Of a stretch of 55,035 nucleotides of DNA, positions 54,679-55,035 are shown piece by piece. Each line of letters begins with the position of its first letter. The stretch's first letter is position 1. This DNA is from Candidatus Iainarchaeum sp. (GTDB lineage: Archaea > Iainarchaeota > Iainarchaeia > Iainarchaeales > GCA-2688035), in NCBI GenBank assembly GCA_017610175.1, contig JAFCCO010000009.1:1-55035 (forward strand), read 5' to 3'. The notes under the pieces are model-generated. The model did no database searches and was not told where the DNA came from. It saw nothing but the letters and a program-made list of their open reading frames with translations. The position numbers and the translations under genes are program-made.

Positions 54679-55035
54679 CTAACAGATATGGCAGTACAAA
54701 GAGCCGCTGCTGGTCGTCGGACAAGGCATGTAGCGCCCTATACTAACACAGCCTGACACACTGGAGTTGCTGCTTGTTACAAAGGTTTTGGTGCCGGGGC
54801 AAATGTGGCAATAATTGGAACCACTACTGGTCGTCGGACAAGGCATATACCTCTGCAGGCTACCGCACCCTGAAAGGCTGGAGTAACTTGACTGAACAAA
54901 TGTGTAAGTGCCGGGGCAAATGTGGCAATAATTGGAACCACTACTGGTCGTCGGACAAGGCATATACCTCTGAATATTTGAACAACCCGAAACACTTGAA
55001 CTTGAAGACTGAACAAATGTGTAAGTGCCGGGGCA
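54679..55035 (-). CDS. C-terminus of a Cys/Ser-rich tandem-repeat protein (5' end outside the window)
   Basis: Frame is open to the window edge (CPGTYTFVQSSSSSVSGCSNIQRYM...) and ends YCHIC-stop. Confidence 0.75.
   Translation of the reverse strand, partial: CPGTYTFVQSSSSSVSGCSNIQRYMPCPTTSSGSNYCHICPGTYTFVQSSYSSLSGCGSLQRYMPCPTTSSGSNYCHICPGTKTFVTSSNSSVSGCVSIGRYMPCPTTSSGSLYCHIC
54685..55035 (-). repeat. 117-bp (39-aa) tandem repeat, at least 3 units
   Basis: Units 55035-54919, 54918-54802 and 54801-54685; consensus CPGT.TFV.SS.SS.SGC....RYMPCPTTSSGS.YCHI. Confidence 0.92.

Noticed and set aside
54685-55035. CRISPR-like alternation of constant and variable segments
   Set aside because: The period is 117 bp (a multiple of 3), the 'spacers' are homologous to each other, the frame is open, and no cas genes are present. 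It is a coding repeat.

Overview
Gene-dense archaeal chromosomal segment using the standard genetic code. Gene content and style suggest a DPANN lineage, possibly Iainarchaeota/Diapherotrites-like; this is inference, not a database result. Core genes: rio1-dim2-top6B-top6A, mre11, rpl10e, dph2, pyrH, aRF1, truD, EndoQ, LonB, and the replication/translation superoperon csl4-rpoL-SPase-PCNA...PCNA-priL-priS-gins-rps27e-aIF2alpha-PAC2. Metabolic genes: acs next to a membrane PPase, ppsA, cysK, and a PadR/ino1/CDP-alcohol phosphotransferase inositol-lipid module. There is also an S-layer/N-glycosylation locus and a tRNA-Cys(GCA) missing from the ORF track. Most notable points: (i) a bacterial-type CoA cluster (coaBC-panB-panC-type II PanK) plus a minimal K+ channel sits between two divergent PCNA paralogues; (ii) several scattered, very basic orphan proteins begin with K/R-rich, NLS-like N-termini, including an HTH plus degenerate LAGLIDADG protein and a glycine-zipper protein; (iii) the tRNA-Cys lacks A58 and appears to have an A15:A48 pair; (iv) a perfect palindrome lies between padR and ino1; (v) PriS and the ThiI homologue have altered catalytic motifs; (vi) Cys-rich repeat proteins are truncated at both window edges. 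No CRISPR array, rRNA, transposase or integrase was seen.
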